NCBI RefSeq assembly: GCF_009914755.1
Contig: NC_060928.1
Length of the DNA stretch: 64,000 bases
Origin: the human T2T-CHM13v2.0 reference genome, Homo sapiens
Direction: 5' to 3' (one strand)
The notes under the pieces are model-generated. The model searched no databases. It worked only from the letters and a program-made list of their open reading frames with translations, and was not told the origin of the DNA. Within the stretch, counting starts at the first letter, position 1. Each line of letters starts with the position of its first letter. A program made the position numbers and the translations under genes. This document shows, one piece after another, positions 25,164 to 39,048 of this stretch.

Positions 25164-26953
25164 TCATGGAAATGCTCCCATTCCAAATGGGATAAATTGG
25201 CCAAAAAAGTGGCTACAGGCCAGATGCAAATTCAAAACCCAGAAGGGCAGTCATTAAATATTAGAGCTCCAAAATGATGTCCTTTTACTCCATGTCTCAT
25301 ATCCAGGGCATGCTGATGGAAGGGGTAGACTCCCAAGGTCTTGAGACGTTCTGCCTCTATGGCTCTGTAGGGTACAGCCCCCATGGCCACTTTCACGAGC
25401 TAGCATTGAGTGTGTGTGGCTTTTCTGGGTGCACAGTGCAAACCATCAGTAGATCTACCATTATGGGGTTTAAAGAACTGTTGCCCTATTCTCACAGCTC
25501 CACTAGGAAGTACCCCAGTGTGCACTCCCTGTGGGGGCTCCAACACCATATTTCCTCTCTGCACTGCCTTAGCAGAGGCTCTCCATCAGGATTCCCCACC
25601 TACAGCAGACTTCTACCTGGACATCCCTGCATTTCCATACATCATCTGAAATCTAGGCAGGGGGTCCCAAACCTCAACTCTTGCCTTCTGCCTACTCACA
25701 GGACCAAAACCTTGTGGTAGCCACCAAGACTTGGGGCTTGCACCATCTGAAGCAATGGCCTGAGCTGTACCTTTCCTTATTTTATGTATGGCTGGAGCTG
25801 GAATGGCTGGGATGCAGGGCGCTATGTCTCCAGGCTTCACAGGGCAGCTGGACCCTGGGCTTGGCCCACCAAACCATTTTAATATGATAAGCCCCTGGGC
25901 CTCTGATGGGAGGGGCTTCCCGCAAATGTTTCTGACATGCCCTGTAGACATTTTCCTCATTGTCTTGGCAATTAATATTTGGTTCCTTTTTACTCATGCA
26001 AATTTCTGCAGCCAGCCTGAATTTCTTTGCAGAAAATGAGGTTTTCTTTTCTACCACACGATCAGGCTGTAACTTTTCCAAACTTCTATACTCTGCTTCC
26101 CTTTTTAAAACATAAGTCCCAATTTCAGATCATCTCTTTGTGAATACCAATAACCGTACACTGTTAGGAGCAGCCAGACCAAATCTTGACTACTTTGCTG
26201 CTTAGAAATTTCTTCTACCAGATGCCCTAAATCATCTCTCAAGTTCAAAGTTCCATAGATCCCTAGAGCAGGGACACAATGCCACCAGTCTCTTTTATAT
26301 GGCATTGCAAGAGTGACCTTTACTCCAGTTCCCAACAAGCTCCTCATCTCCGTCTGAGACCACCTCAGCCTCTTATTCTCCATATCACTATCAGCATCTT
26401 GGTCAAAACCACTCAAAAAGTCCTCGGAAGTTTCAAACTTTCCCACATCTTCCTCTCTTCTTCGGAGCCTTCCAAACTATCTCGACTTCTGCCCACTACT
26501 CAGTTCCAAAATCAGTTCCACATTTTCTGGTATCTTTATACCAGTACCCCACTTTCCTAGTATTAATTTTCTGTATTAGTTTGTTCTCACACTGCTATAC
26601 AGAACTACCTGAGACAGGGTAATTTACGAAGAAAAGAGGTTTTGTTGGCTCACAGTTCCATAGGCTTAACAGGAATTGTGACTGGGAGGGCTCAGGACAC
26701 TTACAATGATAGCAAGCAGGAAAAGGAAAGCAAGCATATCGTACCATGGTGGAGCATGGGACTGAGTGAAAGTGAACAGGAAACTGCCGCACACTTTTAA
26801 ACCATCATCTTGGGAGAACTCACTATCATGAGAAGAGCAAGGGGAAAATTCACCCTGATTACCCAATCACCTCCCACCAGGTCCCTCCCCTGACGTGTGG
26901 GGATTACAATTCAAAATGAAATTTGAGTGGGGACACAGAGCCAAATCATATTA
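25164..26953 (-). mobile_element. MSTA-like internal region (25164-26571) plus 5' LTR (26572-26953); 3' LTR missing
   Basis: Antisense MaLR-int (cccattccaaatggga...gagaccacctcagcc), then LTR tgtattagt...cacagttccataggcttaacagg...gccaaatcatatta. Confidence 0.92.
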
Positions 26954-27035
26954 CCCCGTGACACGAGATTACCTATATAATAAATCTCTGTATCTATCCT
27001 TGAACCTAAAATAAAAGTTAAAAAACAACAACAAA
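26954..27035 (+). mobile_element. L1PA15/16-like 3' terminus
   Basis: ccccgtgacacgagattacctatataataaa...tgaacctaaaataaaagttaaaa. Confidence 0.75.
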
Positions 27036-27378
27036 GTGTTTGCATCTGGAATACATAAAGAATAATAATATTTTATCAGTTTCAAACATAAGTAACAGGC
27101 TTGAATAGAAGTTTCACAAATGAGTATATAAGAAAACATATGGCCTGTAAGTACATAATAGTGGTCAACATCATTTGCCTTCAGGAAATTCAAATTAAAA
27201 TCAGGATGAAATACCAATCTACACCTACTGAAATGACAAAAAAACTAAAGCAAAAGAAAATCAACAGTACAAATATTGGCAAGGATATGGAAAAATTAAA
27301 ACTTCTACAGATTTGTAGTAAGAAAATACATTGACACAACCATTTGAATGTTTGATTTTTTTAAATGTAAAATATGCG

Positions 27379-28235
<857 letters not shown>

Positions 28236-29439
28236 TACACTACCCTACAATCCAGTAACCATACTTTTAGATATTTATCTAAGATAAAGAAAACATGACT
28301 TCAAAAACCTCTGTACTCTCTTACATAAGTAATATAATGGTGGCTTTTTTATAATACCCTCAAACTAGAAACTGCCCACCTGTTCATCAACAAGGAAATA
28401 GATATGCAATGGTGGATATGAATAAGAAAGTAATTCTTGAAAAAAGAATCAAACTATTTATATACACAAGAACATTAATGTATCTTAAAACCGTTATGAC
28501 TAGTGAAAGAAGTAATTCATAGAAGAGTAAATACTGCGTAATTCAGTTTTTATAAAGTCCAAGAATAGGAAAAATTAAGCTATGTGGATAAAAATCAGAT
28601 CACTGATTTCTGCAAGGAATTGACTAGGAAGGAGTTTAAGGAACTTGCAGGCTGATGTTAATGCTCTGTGCCTGAAAAAAAGATGGGGTTTACTCAAATA
28701 AATACATCTTTTAAAAACTGAAGGAACTATATTCTTAATACTTCTACATTTCAAGTATGTAAATAATATCTCAGAAACAGATAATAGTAGCTTTCTACAT
28801 TTCAAAATATGTAAATAAATCCTATATAAACAGTAATAGAGGAAAAGAAAAGGGAATTTTTTTTCTTGTTTGGAAGGAAGAGAAACATTCCAATTATCAG
28901 AAAAAGATAATTTTAAGTAGTTTTGTGAAATATGTATGTGTAATTATTAATAGTACTGTGTGATTTATTATTTCACAAGTCATGTCAGAGCATAGCAGTA
29001 AAATAATGGTAGTACAAAAGAGAAAATAAAAACTTTTAAGCCAATGGGAGGCAGGAAATTTGAGGGAATAAGAAAAAGAAAAAGCACAACCAAAGCCAAA
29101 CAGAAACTACACACACACACACACAATAAATTGGCAGACCAAAAGATGAAGTATTGATTAACTATATGAATGTAAGCAAATTAATATCTGATTGACATAA
29201 CAAGAGAGCAGATGAATAATTGTCCTCTGGGCACAGAGCAAGTGACAAGATTGAGAATTGAATAACCAGTTTATTTTGTGCAGAGTAGGCACTTAAATAC
29301 TAGGCAGCATCTAGGATTTCAGGCAACTTTGGGGGAGATATTTTGTGATAATGATTGAGAAACAAAGAACTGAATTCATTTACAGAGTAAACTAATTTTG
29401 TAATGCATACATCAGTTTATAAATGCCCATTATGAAGAT

Positions 29440-29855
29440 TTGCTAGTCACACTGGCCTCCTTGCTGTTTCTGGAATATGTGAAACACATCGTAATCCTGC
29501 ATCATGCTGTGTTCCTTATTTCTCCCACTATGGTGAATGTCCTGCTGCCAGATACCTGCATGGCTCAACTCTTTCTCACTGTATTCACATAACCACTTAA
29601 ATGTTACCTTAGTAAAGAAGATTTGGCTCTACTCTATTAAATATAGTAGTCTCTCCCTTCTGCCCTGTCACTTTCTATTCCCTTATCTTACCCATCTGAC
29701 ATTGTGTGTGTCTGTATTAATTAACTTGTTCATTGACCATACCCACTGAACAGAAGGTGCCTTCCATGAGAGTAAGATTTTCCCCTATAAAGTATCAGCA
29801 ATGTTTTGCGAGTAGTAGGTGGTCATTAAATATTTATGGAAGGAAATGTGAATGC
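29440..29855 (+). mobile_element. L2 3' portion
   Basis: cacactggcctccttgctgtttctggaa...ctgcatggctcaactct...gtaggtggtcattaaatatttatggaaggaa. Confidence 0.75.
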
Positions 29856-29935
29856 ATTGCATTCTTTCCTTCCCCCACAAAAGTACTTATTTTATTATTT
29901 AATTGATAGCTTATTGAGATATTTTGCTAACTTAT

Positions 29936-30256
29936 TGTAGTAGTCCATTTTCACACTGCTAATAAAGACAAACCAGAGACTGGGAAAAAAGAGATTTAAT
30001 GGACTTACAGTTCCACATGGCTGGGGAGGCCTCATACTCATGGTAGAAGACAAGGCAGAGCAAGTCACATCCTACATGGATGTGCAGGGAAACTCCCATT
30101 TTTAAAACCATCAGATCTAGTGAGACTTATTCACTCTCATGAGAACAGCAGGGTAAAGACCCACCTCCTTGATTCAATTACCTCCCACTGGGTCCCTCTC
30201 ATAACACATGGAAATTCAAGATGAGATTTGGGTGGGGACACAGCCAAGCCATATCT
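29936..30256 (-). mobile_element. THE1B-like solo LTR
   Basis: tgtagtagtccattttcacactgct...gcaagtcacatcctacatggat...tgcagggaaactccc...gggacacagccaagccatatc. Confidence 0.92.
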
Positions 30257-30409
30257 CGTGTTTTAATTCATTTAACAATTAATCATTCAATAAGGAATTC
30301 CAGCATCTATGTCTATACTTTTTTGCACTTGTCTAGATAATGATTTTTCATGATGTTATTATATCTATTGCAGGTAGACATTTTTGGTAGATTTATTTCT
30401 AGTGAACAT

Positions 30410-30835
30410 GTAATAATAAAGACACACTACCATTTGGGGTACTTACTATGAAGCAGTCACTAGACTAGGTACTTTAAAACATTACAAAAGATAATTCTTG
30501 TAAAAATACATAGTTTTATTAGATCAGTTTTATAGATGAAATAATCTGAGAGTTAAAGAGTTGAATCAGTTTGCTTTAGGTTATGGAGCCTGATTTGCCT
30601 TGCTTAATAACAAAAATTGGGACAGAAAGAGGCTTGACTTGTAGCATTTTCCTGGTTCCATGGTGTAAGTATCCATATCATGGCTTATTTCAAGCCACAA
30701 ATGTGATCATTGAACACAGAAATCGAAACAGAAACTAACAATCAGCTCCTATGAGCCACTGTATATTACTAATATTTGGCAAAGACAGAGAACAAACCAT
30801 ATCTGTTTGAATCCATGTTTTCAGTCACTACACTG
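30410..30835 (-). mobile_element. MIR interrupted by a MER63-like hAT element (~30590-30770)
   Basis: MIR core ttttatagatgaaataatctgagagttaaagag; MER63 text ttgtagcattttcctggttccatggtgtaagtat...tttcaagc...aatcagctc. Confidence 0.65.
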
Positions 30836-32779
30836 GAGTTACCTAAGACAGTGACTGAGCACTGTTTAGATGTACTTTAAAATAAATCTAAAGGTATGGA
30901 TCTTTTTTTCAGTGATATTATTTGGCCTGAAAAATACTCATTGAAGAAGTAAATCTACTTTGTTGACTGTTGGAATAGTATGAGCCTCCATTTCCAGTCC
31001 CTGCTCAATTGACAAGAATACAATTCTTTTTCTCAGTATCTGTTTCTTTCACACTATAACAAATTGGTTGGCTCTAGTTTTGTCTTTTATCAGGACTTGT
31101 TGTCTAATATCTTCTTTCTCTCTAACCAATATGGATGATGAATCACATCTGTTCCCCAAGTAATGACTTCAAAGGAAGAGTTTAAAGCTCTACCTGTGAG
31201 TTTCTGCTATGTTTGGTTATTTTCACATTGTTGTATAATAGATCTCCAAAGACCAGGAAAGAAGACGAGGTCTATTTCTAAAACCATTATGGCATAATCA
31301 AGAATGAGAAAAATGCTGGGGTTTTATTCTGCCTTGTGATGAAAATGAGAAGCTATGGGTAGGAAAATTTTAATAACCAAATAAAAATTACAAGATAGCA
31401 TATCAACTAGTCTATGTGCCCAAAAGACAAGGGAAGACTACATTAAGAATAAGATTCTCTGGTTAATGAGATTGTTTTAATAAGAATATGTAAGTGTCCC
31501 AAGTTAAATAACAAACTTACTTGCACAAGTATCTGTTCTTGGAAGTTAGATATATTTCTTTGCCTATCAGAGTACTTGCCCATACACAGTGTGAATGCCT
31601 GATCATATAAAACTGTGCTCTTATTAATATAGGGTTTCTTCAATGTGAAATATGTCTAATACATTGGCTAATAGTTGCATACAAATTAAGATAATACTGT
31701 CAATATTTTCTAATTTCAAATATGAAAATAACTGTTTGAAAATACAATAGAGTTATTTCTCACTTACTTTTTTTTGTTTTTGGAATCATACAATTTTAAA
31801 ATCTCAAATATTTAAACTACCATAACAAAATATCTATATAAAGCCTTTTATCATGTCAAAAGTAGCCATATCCTGCCATATTCTAGCTGACTTTACTTCT
31901 TGATTATGATTATTTAAAGATAAAAGATAATAGAATGAGAAATGAAGGGGAGATTAGATTTGTAACACCTTTGAAAATATTTGAATAGCAATGTGTCTTA
32001 AATATTTAATAGATATGAATTACCACTGTATGTTCTAAAATAATATAATTGCACATAAACTCCTTGTCTTCCTTATTTTAAATGCATTCAGGGAAAAGTT
32101 ATTCAAATAAAAAATGATATTCCCTGGATGAAAATCATAGAATTATAAGGTTCTTATGCATCTACTTACTATGCAGACTTAATAAGTAACAGGTTTTATG
32201 AGACTGAAATATTGTTATTATTCAGTTCAACCATTTAGTCTTAAAATACTGTCAATTTTAAAAAGCACAGTGCTGAGTTTGCAGCAGCTTCTGAAATAGC
32301 TTACCCCTTTGTTAAAGTATCTTTGGGTTTCCTTAACCTCAAGAAGCAGTTGTATTCTAAAATAAATATTGCAGTTTTCTCAGCAAGTTTACAATTAAAT
32401 CAACATTTATTAATATAGAGTACATTGGGTATACATTTATTTATTGCCTCAGAAGCAATAAATGCAACCTACTTTTTGCTTCATTACATTTAAGATATGA
32501 CAACTGGAAAGATACCCTCATTAAGCCAAATACTTTTTATTCCAGCGATGGATTTGTTAATATTTTAAAAATTAGTTGAGATTTAAGACTTATCTGTCTT
32601 CTGATGTAGATAATGCCAGTCTGGGCAATGTCATTTTGAACAATGTTAAGATTCACTGTGAAGTTATACTCATCATCTGAGGCCCAGGCTGAATCACATC
32701 TCTGCTAGAAGCATTTATCTTTTTAAATTCATGGGATACAAAGTTTAGAATAAACATTAGAACTCATCGTGTCATACCT

Positions 32780-32946
32780 CTAGACCAAAATTTATCAAAT
32801 ACTTTTGCATCAACTTTGCATCAGTAGCACATAGCAAAACCATCCATAAAATCATACACTTAAAAGAGTGAAGCCCAGAAATCTGAATTTAAACTGACAG
32901 TACAAGTGACACTTTGCGTTATAAAATTGTCAAACGACCACTCCAG
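32780..32946. mobile_element. MER5A-like hAT-Charlie MITE (degenerate)
   Basis: ctagacca...tttatcaaa...gtgaagcccagaaatctgaattt...accactccag. Confidence 0.45.
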
Positions 32947-33984
32947 CACAGCTTGATATGCTTCTTTGACAGCTTTTCCAGTGGTTGAATATCTTTGGAG
33001 GAAAAAACCATGCTACGACACTACACTCAAACACTACTCATAATCTAAGCAGTTCTATTAAAAATATAAATATACCTTATACATACTTTGTTACCATTTT
33101 TTACTTCCAAAAGTCTATTTAATCTTTGTAAAATGACACTGAAATCTTCCAATATTTTCAACATATTTTAACAAATTATGTAATGCAAATAGGCCTTTGC
33201 ATTATTGACTAAATGAAACACTCATTCATGTCAAAAATTCTCAACAAACTAGGAAGAGAGGGGAGCTTTCTCAACTTGATAAAGCACATATACAAATAAC
33301 CTCTATTGGACAATGTATTTAGTAGTGAGAAACTGGATGATCTCATTTTAAAATTGGAAATAGGTAATGATACCATTCCTCATCAATTATATGAAGCATC
33401 ATATTGGAATTCCTAGCTAGTGCAGTAAACGTGAAAAGAAATAAATATATACATTTTGGGAGGAAGAAATCAAATCATTTGGTTTACAGATGACATAAAT
33501 GTCTATGTAGAAAAACTCAGAGTCTTCAAAATTTAATAAATAAAACCTCAAATAAACTAATATAGGAAAGACACAGGATACATGGCTGATATACAAAAGC
33601 TAATTGATTTCATATATACCAGCGATAAACTGGTATTTGAATTTCTAAAAAACATACCATTTACAATACTCCCATCCCAAAACCAAAAATGAAACACTTA
33701 GGTATAAATCTAATGAGATATCTATTACATCTACGTGCAGATTCCTACAAAACTCTGATGAAAAAGATCGAAAAATTAAACGAAGGAGGAGATACTTCAT
33801 GTTAATGTATTAGAAGACTCAATATTGTTAAGATAGCAGTTCTTCCAAGTTGATGTATAGATTTGATGCAATTTCAGTCAAAATCACAACAAGCTATTCT
33901 ATAGAAACTTGCAAACTTATTATAAAGTTTATATGCAAAGGCAAAAGACCTGGAATAACCAAAACAATGCTGAAGAAGAGGAAC

Positions 33985-34361
33985 TGTATTAGTCTGTTCT
34001 TATGCTACTATGAAGAAATATCCAAGACTGGGTAATTTATAAAGTAAACAGGTTTAATTGACTCTCAGTTCCTTTTGGCTGGGGAGGTCACAGCAAACTT
34101 ACAATCATGGTGGAAGGGGAAGCAACATATCCTTCTTCACATGGCAGCAGGAGAGAGAAGTGCCAAGCAAAAGGGAAAAAAGGCCCTTATAAAGCCATCA
34201 GATCTTGTGAGAACTCACTCACTATCATGAGAACAGCAGCATCAAGGTAACTGTCACTGTGATTCAATTACCCCCCAGTAGGTCCCTCCCATGGCATGTG
34301 GGGATTATGGAAACTACAATTCAAGATGATATTTGGGTGGAGACACAGCCAAATCATATCA
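33985..34361 (-). mobile_element. THE1C/D solo LTR
   Basis: tgtattagtc...cagccaaatcatatca with perfect 5-bp TSD GGAAC (33980-33984 / 34362-34366). Confidence 0.95.
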
Positions 34362-34469
34362 GGAACTAAGTTGGATGATTCAAATAATATGATTGCAAGA
34401 CTTATAAAGTTACAATAGTCAAGACAATGGCAATTTGATAGAAAAGGAATAGTCTTTAACAAATGATGC

Positions 34470-34762
34470 TGAAACAAGTGGTTGTACATATTAAAAAGAA
34501 GGAACCCAGATACAGACCTTATATTTTTCACAGAAATAAATCACATTGAATCATACATGTAAATGTGAAACAAAAATATATAAAACTTTCGGAAGAAAAC
34601 GTAGGATGTCTAGATGAAACAAGTGGTTGTACATATTAAAAAGAAGGAACCCAGATACAGACCTTATATTTTTCACAGAAATAAATCACATTGAATCATA
34701 CATGTAAATGTGAAACAAAAATATATAAAACTTTCAGAAGAAAACATAGAATGTCTAGATGA
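34470..34762 (+). repeat. 145-bp tandem duplication
   Basis: Copies start at 34470 and 34615; 3 mismatches; TGA microhomology at the junction. Confidence 0.95.
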
Positions 34763-36619
34763 CCTTTGGTTGGGTAACGAGATTTGAGATATAACACAAA
34801 AGGATGATCAATGAAAGAAGCGATAGTAGTTGAACTTTACCAAAATTAAAAACTTTTGCTCTGTCTAGTACACAGTAAGAGAATGCAAAGACAAGGCACA
34901 GACACGAGAAAACATATGTTAAACCAGTGCTATCCAACATATACAAATAACGATTATAACCCAACAAAAGTAAACACATGAACCAATTTGAAAGTGGTTC
35001 AAAGAATTGATGCTCACTAGAAAAGATATAAATATGGCAAATAAGTGTATAAATGATACTTGACATCATATGTCATCAGGAATTGCAAATTAAAACAATT
35101 ACCTGATATTCCTACACACCTATTAGTACAACTATAATCCAAAGACACTGGAAATAGCAATTGCTGAGCAAGGATTCAGAGCACCAGGGACTGTCATTCA
35201 TTGCTAGTAGGAACACAAAATGCTATTTCTGTTTTGGAAACGGCTTGGCAGTTTATTACGAAGTTAAACGTAGCCTTATCATATGATTCAGGAAATAGAC
35301 TCCAGCATATTTACAAATCTGGCTTGAACACCTATGTCAACATGAAAAACTTTATGTGAATGTTTATAATACCTTTATTCATAATTACCAAAAGCTATTC
35401 TTCAACAGATGACTAAACCATGATATATCTATACAATGGAATATTATTCAGAGATTAAAAGAAATGAGCCATCAAGACAAAAAGATGTGAATGAATATAA
35501 AACGTATATTGATACGTTTAAAAAAGACAGTCTGAGAAGGCTGTGTGGTACAATTTCAAATATATGACATTCTGGAAAAAACAGATTTACGGTAAGTGGT
35601 ACAAACGGCAGTGGTTACTAGTGGGTCAGGGAAGGAGAATAAGATTGAATAGGGGAAGCACAGTACTACACAGCTTAGTCTACATTCATATATTTTCTTA
35701 TTCTGACAGATGAGAGAGCCTAGAAGCACTAACATCCCAATAGCAATGAGCACACTTAGTGCATCTATGTTTCTAACACTGTTCACTGAAAAGACTCAGG
35801 TAAACTTGAAAACATCACTGATTGTAAGACTGGGGCAGCAGGAAATATACAAGATGATCCTGAAACTTCTTGTAGTACTAGAAAATAAAGAAGTTCTCCA
35901 AAACCACCTAACCAATAAGCAGACAAACAAACAAACCTACATACATTGATGAGGGTTTGTCAAAGGGACACAGGAGCCAACTGAAGGAGGTTCCAATGGG
36001 CATAACTAGAAAAATTTGAGACATACAATAAACAAAGTACTTTTGGATTCTAACTCAAAGTATAAAATACATGCCCATGAATTATACTGATATGAATACA
36101 TAAGAAATGGGAGAGATGAGACAAATCTGTGCAGAATTAGTTTAATAATTTATGTAGATATATCTCCCTCAAGATATGGAGAGTAAGTCTTCACACTTTA
36201 AGTGCATGCTGTACAAAGTGTCTTCCTTGCAAAGAGTACACTGTGGAATGGCTTTGGGGTGGGGGAGGCGTAAATTTCAATAAAGAAACCTGATAAACAT
36301 TACTCACCCAGATGGCCCAGGTTAGGTTGACAGTATATATTATTGTGATGTGATGAAAATGGCACATTATTTCTATGACTGTCCTCCTCCAAACCCGTAA
36401 CCCAATCTAATCATGAGAAAACATCATACGAATCCTGAGCTATTCTGCAAAGTGCTTGAGCAGTGCTTTTGAAAACTGTTATGTCATCGAAAGCAAGAAA
36501 GGGTTGTGAAACTCTTCCAGTGCAGAGGCACATAAAACAATATGACAGCTTAAAGTATTGTGGTGCTCTAGATGAAATCCTGGAACAGAGACAAACATGA
36601 TACAGTAATAACAAACATT

Positions 36620-36920
36620 GCCGGGCGCGATGGCTCACCCCTGTAATCACAGCACTTTGGGAGGCTGAGGCAGGTGTATCACCCGAGGCCAGGAGTTCGA
36701 AGCCAGCCTGGCCAATATGGTGAAACCCCGTCTCTACTAAAAATACAAAATTAGCCGGGAGTGGTGGCAAGCGCCTGTAATCCCAGCTACTTGGGAGGCT
36801 GAGGCAGTAGCTGGGATTCAACCCAGGAGGTGGTGGTTGCATTGAGTTGAGATCCCACCATTTCACTCCAGCCTGGGCAAGAAAAGTGAAACTCCATCTC
36901 AAAAATAAATGAATAAATAA
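36620..36920 (+). mobile_element. AluSq-like
   Basis: Full dimer; TSD aataacaaacatt / aataatgaacatt. Confidence 0.95.
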
Positions 36921-37205
36921 ATAATGAACATTGATTCATTAATTTTAATAACTGTAACACACTAACATAAGATGTTAACTATGGGGGCTGGGCAAGGGAT
37001 TTATAGAAAATTAGTACTATCTTCTCAATTTTTCAGTAAATGAAAAAGTATTTTAAAAATAAATGTTTATTCTTAAAAACATTTACAAGGAAAATTCAAC
37101 TAAATAAAGAAGAAAAAGCACAAAGTGCATGCTTCTTAGGAGCAGGATTCAAGTATTCAGAATTGCATGCTTTCCCTTTGTAATTTTAGTGTTTTTCAAT
37201 TTGAA

Positions 37206-37440
37206 TTTCTTTCTTTTCTTTCCTTCTTTCCTTTCTTTTCTTTCTTTTCTTTCTTTCCCTTCCTTCCTTCTCTTTCTTTCCCTTCCTTCCTTCCTTCCTT
37301 CCTACCTTCCTTCCTTCCTTTCTTTCTTTCTTCCTTCCTTCCTTCCTTCCTTCCTTCCTTCCTTCCTTCCTTCCTTCCTTCCTTTCTTTCTTTCTTTCTT
37401 TCTTTTCTTCTTTCCTCTTTCTTTCTTTTCCTTTCTTTCA
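37206..37440. repeat. (CTTT)n/(CCTT)n polypyrimidine tract (expanded Alu tail)
   Basis: ~235 bp almost purine-free; lies between the Alu body and its TSD. Confidence 0.95.
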
Positions 37441-37723
37441 CTCACAGGGTCTCATAATGTCACCCAAGCTGGAGTGCAGTAGAGCCATCATGGCTCAGTG
37501 CAGCCTTCACCTCCTGGACTCAAGCAACCTTCCTGCCTCAGCCTCCCAAGTAGCTAGAACTACAGGTGTGTGCCACCACACCTGGCTAATTACTGTATTT
37601 TTTGTAGAGGCAAGGATTTGTCATGTTGCCCAGGCTGGTCTCAAACTCCTGGACTCAAGCAATCTGCCTGCCTCTGCCTCCCAAAGTGCTGAAATTACCG
37701 GTGTGAGCCATATCTCTCAGTCC
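37441..37723 (-). mobile_element. AluJ
   Basis: ctcctggactcaagcaa in both arms; TSD tcaatttgaattt (37196-37208) / tcaactttgaattt (37724-37737). Confidence 0.93.
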
Positions 37724-39048
37724 TCAACTTTGAATTTGTTTTTTATAAAAGGAGGAGAGAGACTAAAATGGGAAGGAAGAAGGAAGGAAGAGAAAAAGAA
37801 AAGGAGAGAGGGAGGAACAGGGGAAGAGAAAGTGAGAGTGAAGGAGTAGAGGGAAGAGACAGAAGGGAGGAAAGAAACCATTGACTTGCCCAAAATTACC
37901 CACGTAATAATAGGTAAAACTAGAACTTAATTCTTAATTCTTTCAAATGCCAAAGCCCTAACATTATTAACCTTTTTTTCCCCCTTTCTATACAGAGAGG
38001 ATAAAATGACTACAGAGTCAGCAATGTGTCCATTGCTTAACTGGAGCTAAAAGAAATTTCATTTCTCACCCCTTTGGCAAATTCATTGAAAATGTACTCA
38101 CTGTCAGATGTTACTGAACTAAATAACCCATTATAGTCTAAAAGATAAATGTGGATTTTGCCGAAGATGTTGAGAACAGTTAAGTCAATTCTACCTGCTT
38201 TTTGTTGTAAATCTTCTGCAGAGCCAAATTTTATAACTTCTTTTGTCATATGTTCTTTGCATCATCATTGCACTTTGGTTTGCAATGGCAGATTCTGGGG
38301 CATAACGTTAGTTAAGTTGATGAAAAGGAAGTCATTCAAGTGTCTCTACAAAGTAAAACTTGTTTGAGGAGTTTATGGAGGAAATAACTTCTATTTAAGT
38401 GGAGTGAGAAAGTTCTTACTGCAATATTTTAAAGCTGTTTCACACATGCTATACTCACTTTTTAATCAGGGGAGAATAATACATAATTTTAAAAAATACT
38501 TCAGGCCAGGATATAATGATATTCTTCTTCAACACACTATATTACTCATGCAGTTAAAAGAAAGAGAATGTGCTTGGTTATTTTTTTTTCCTTTTGCCTC
38601 CCTTTATTTTACAAGCCCAGAGGTATGCAACTCATTTTCTGTGTAATTATTTTAAGACTGAGTTAGGGAACACCCTTTTTCTTTATTCTTTTATCCTGTT
38701 GTGTTTTTGGTTGGGAAGAAACTAAGCCTTTTTAATAAGTTGTGAATGTCAAGACTAGAAAGAGTTCTAAAGATGTGAATCAAACCCCTGGAGTTATTGG
38801 GCTGTGGTGATTGTTCTAGAGCCCAGGGTGAATTTTTATGGGGCCAGGCAAGTGTCCTATGCAGTTGTTAAGAAGGGACAAGAAAACACCAATTTGCAAA
38901 TTTCTGCATATTTTATTTATGTGAGTGAATATTATAATACAGATATTATGAAAAATAAAATAATGGTCATTAAAACTTATCCCTATAAAAACTAGTGATA
39001 TAAGAAAACTACAGAAAGACTTTCTTTTTTTAAAGTAATTATTATCTA

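Larger units (their letters stand above)
33215..37075 (+). mobile_element. L1MC/L1MD-type LINE-1 (ORF2 3' half and long 3' UTR) with nested THE1 and Alu
   Basis: ctcaacaaactaggaagagagggg, tttacagatgacataaatgtctatgtagaaaa (RT core), ggaattgcaaattaaaacaa, gagagcctagaagcactaacatcccaatagcaatgagcacac. Confidence 0.88.

Noticed and set aside
36411-37849. ORFs of 96-163 aa
   Set aside because: Alu-derived or translated from CTTT/CCTT low-complexity DNA
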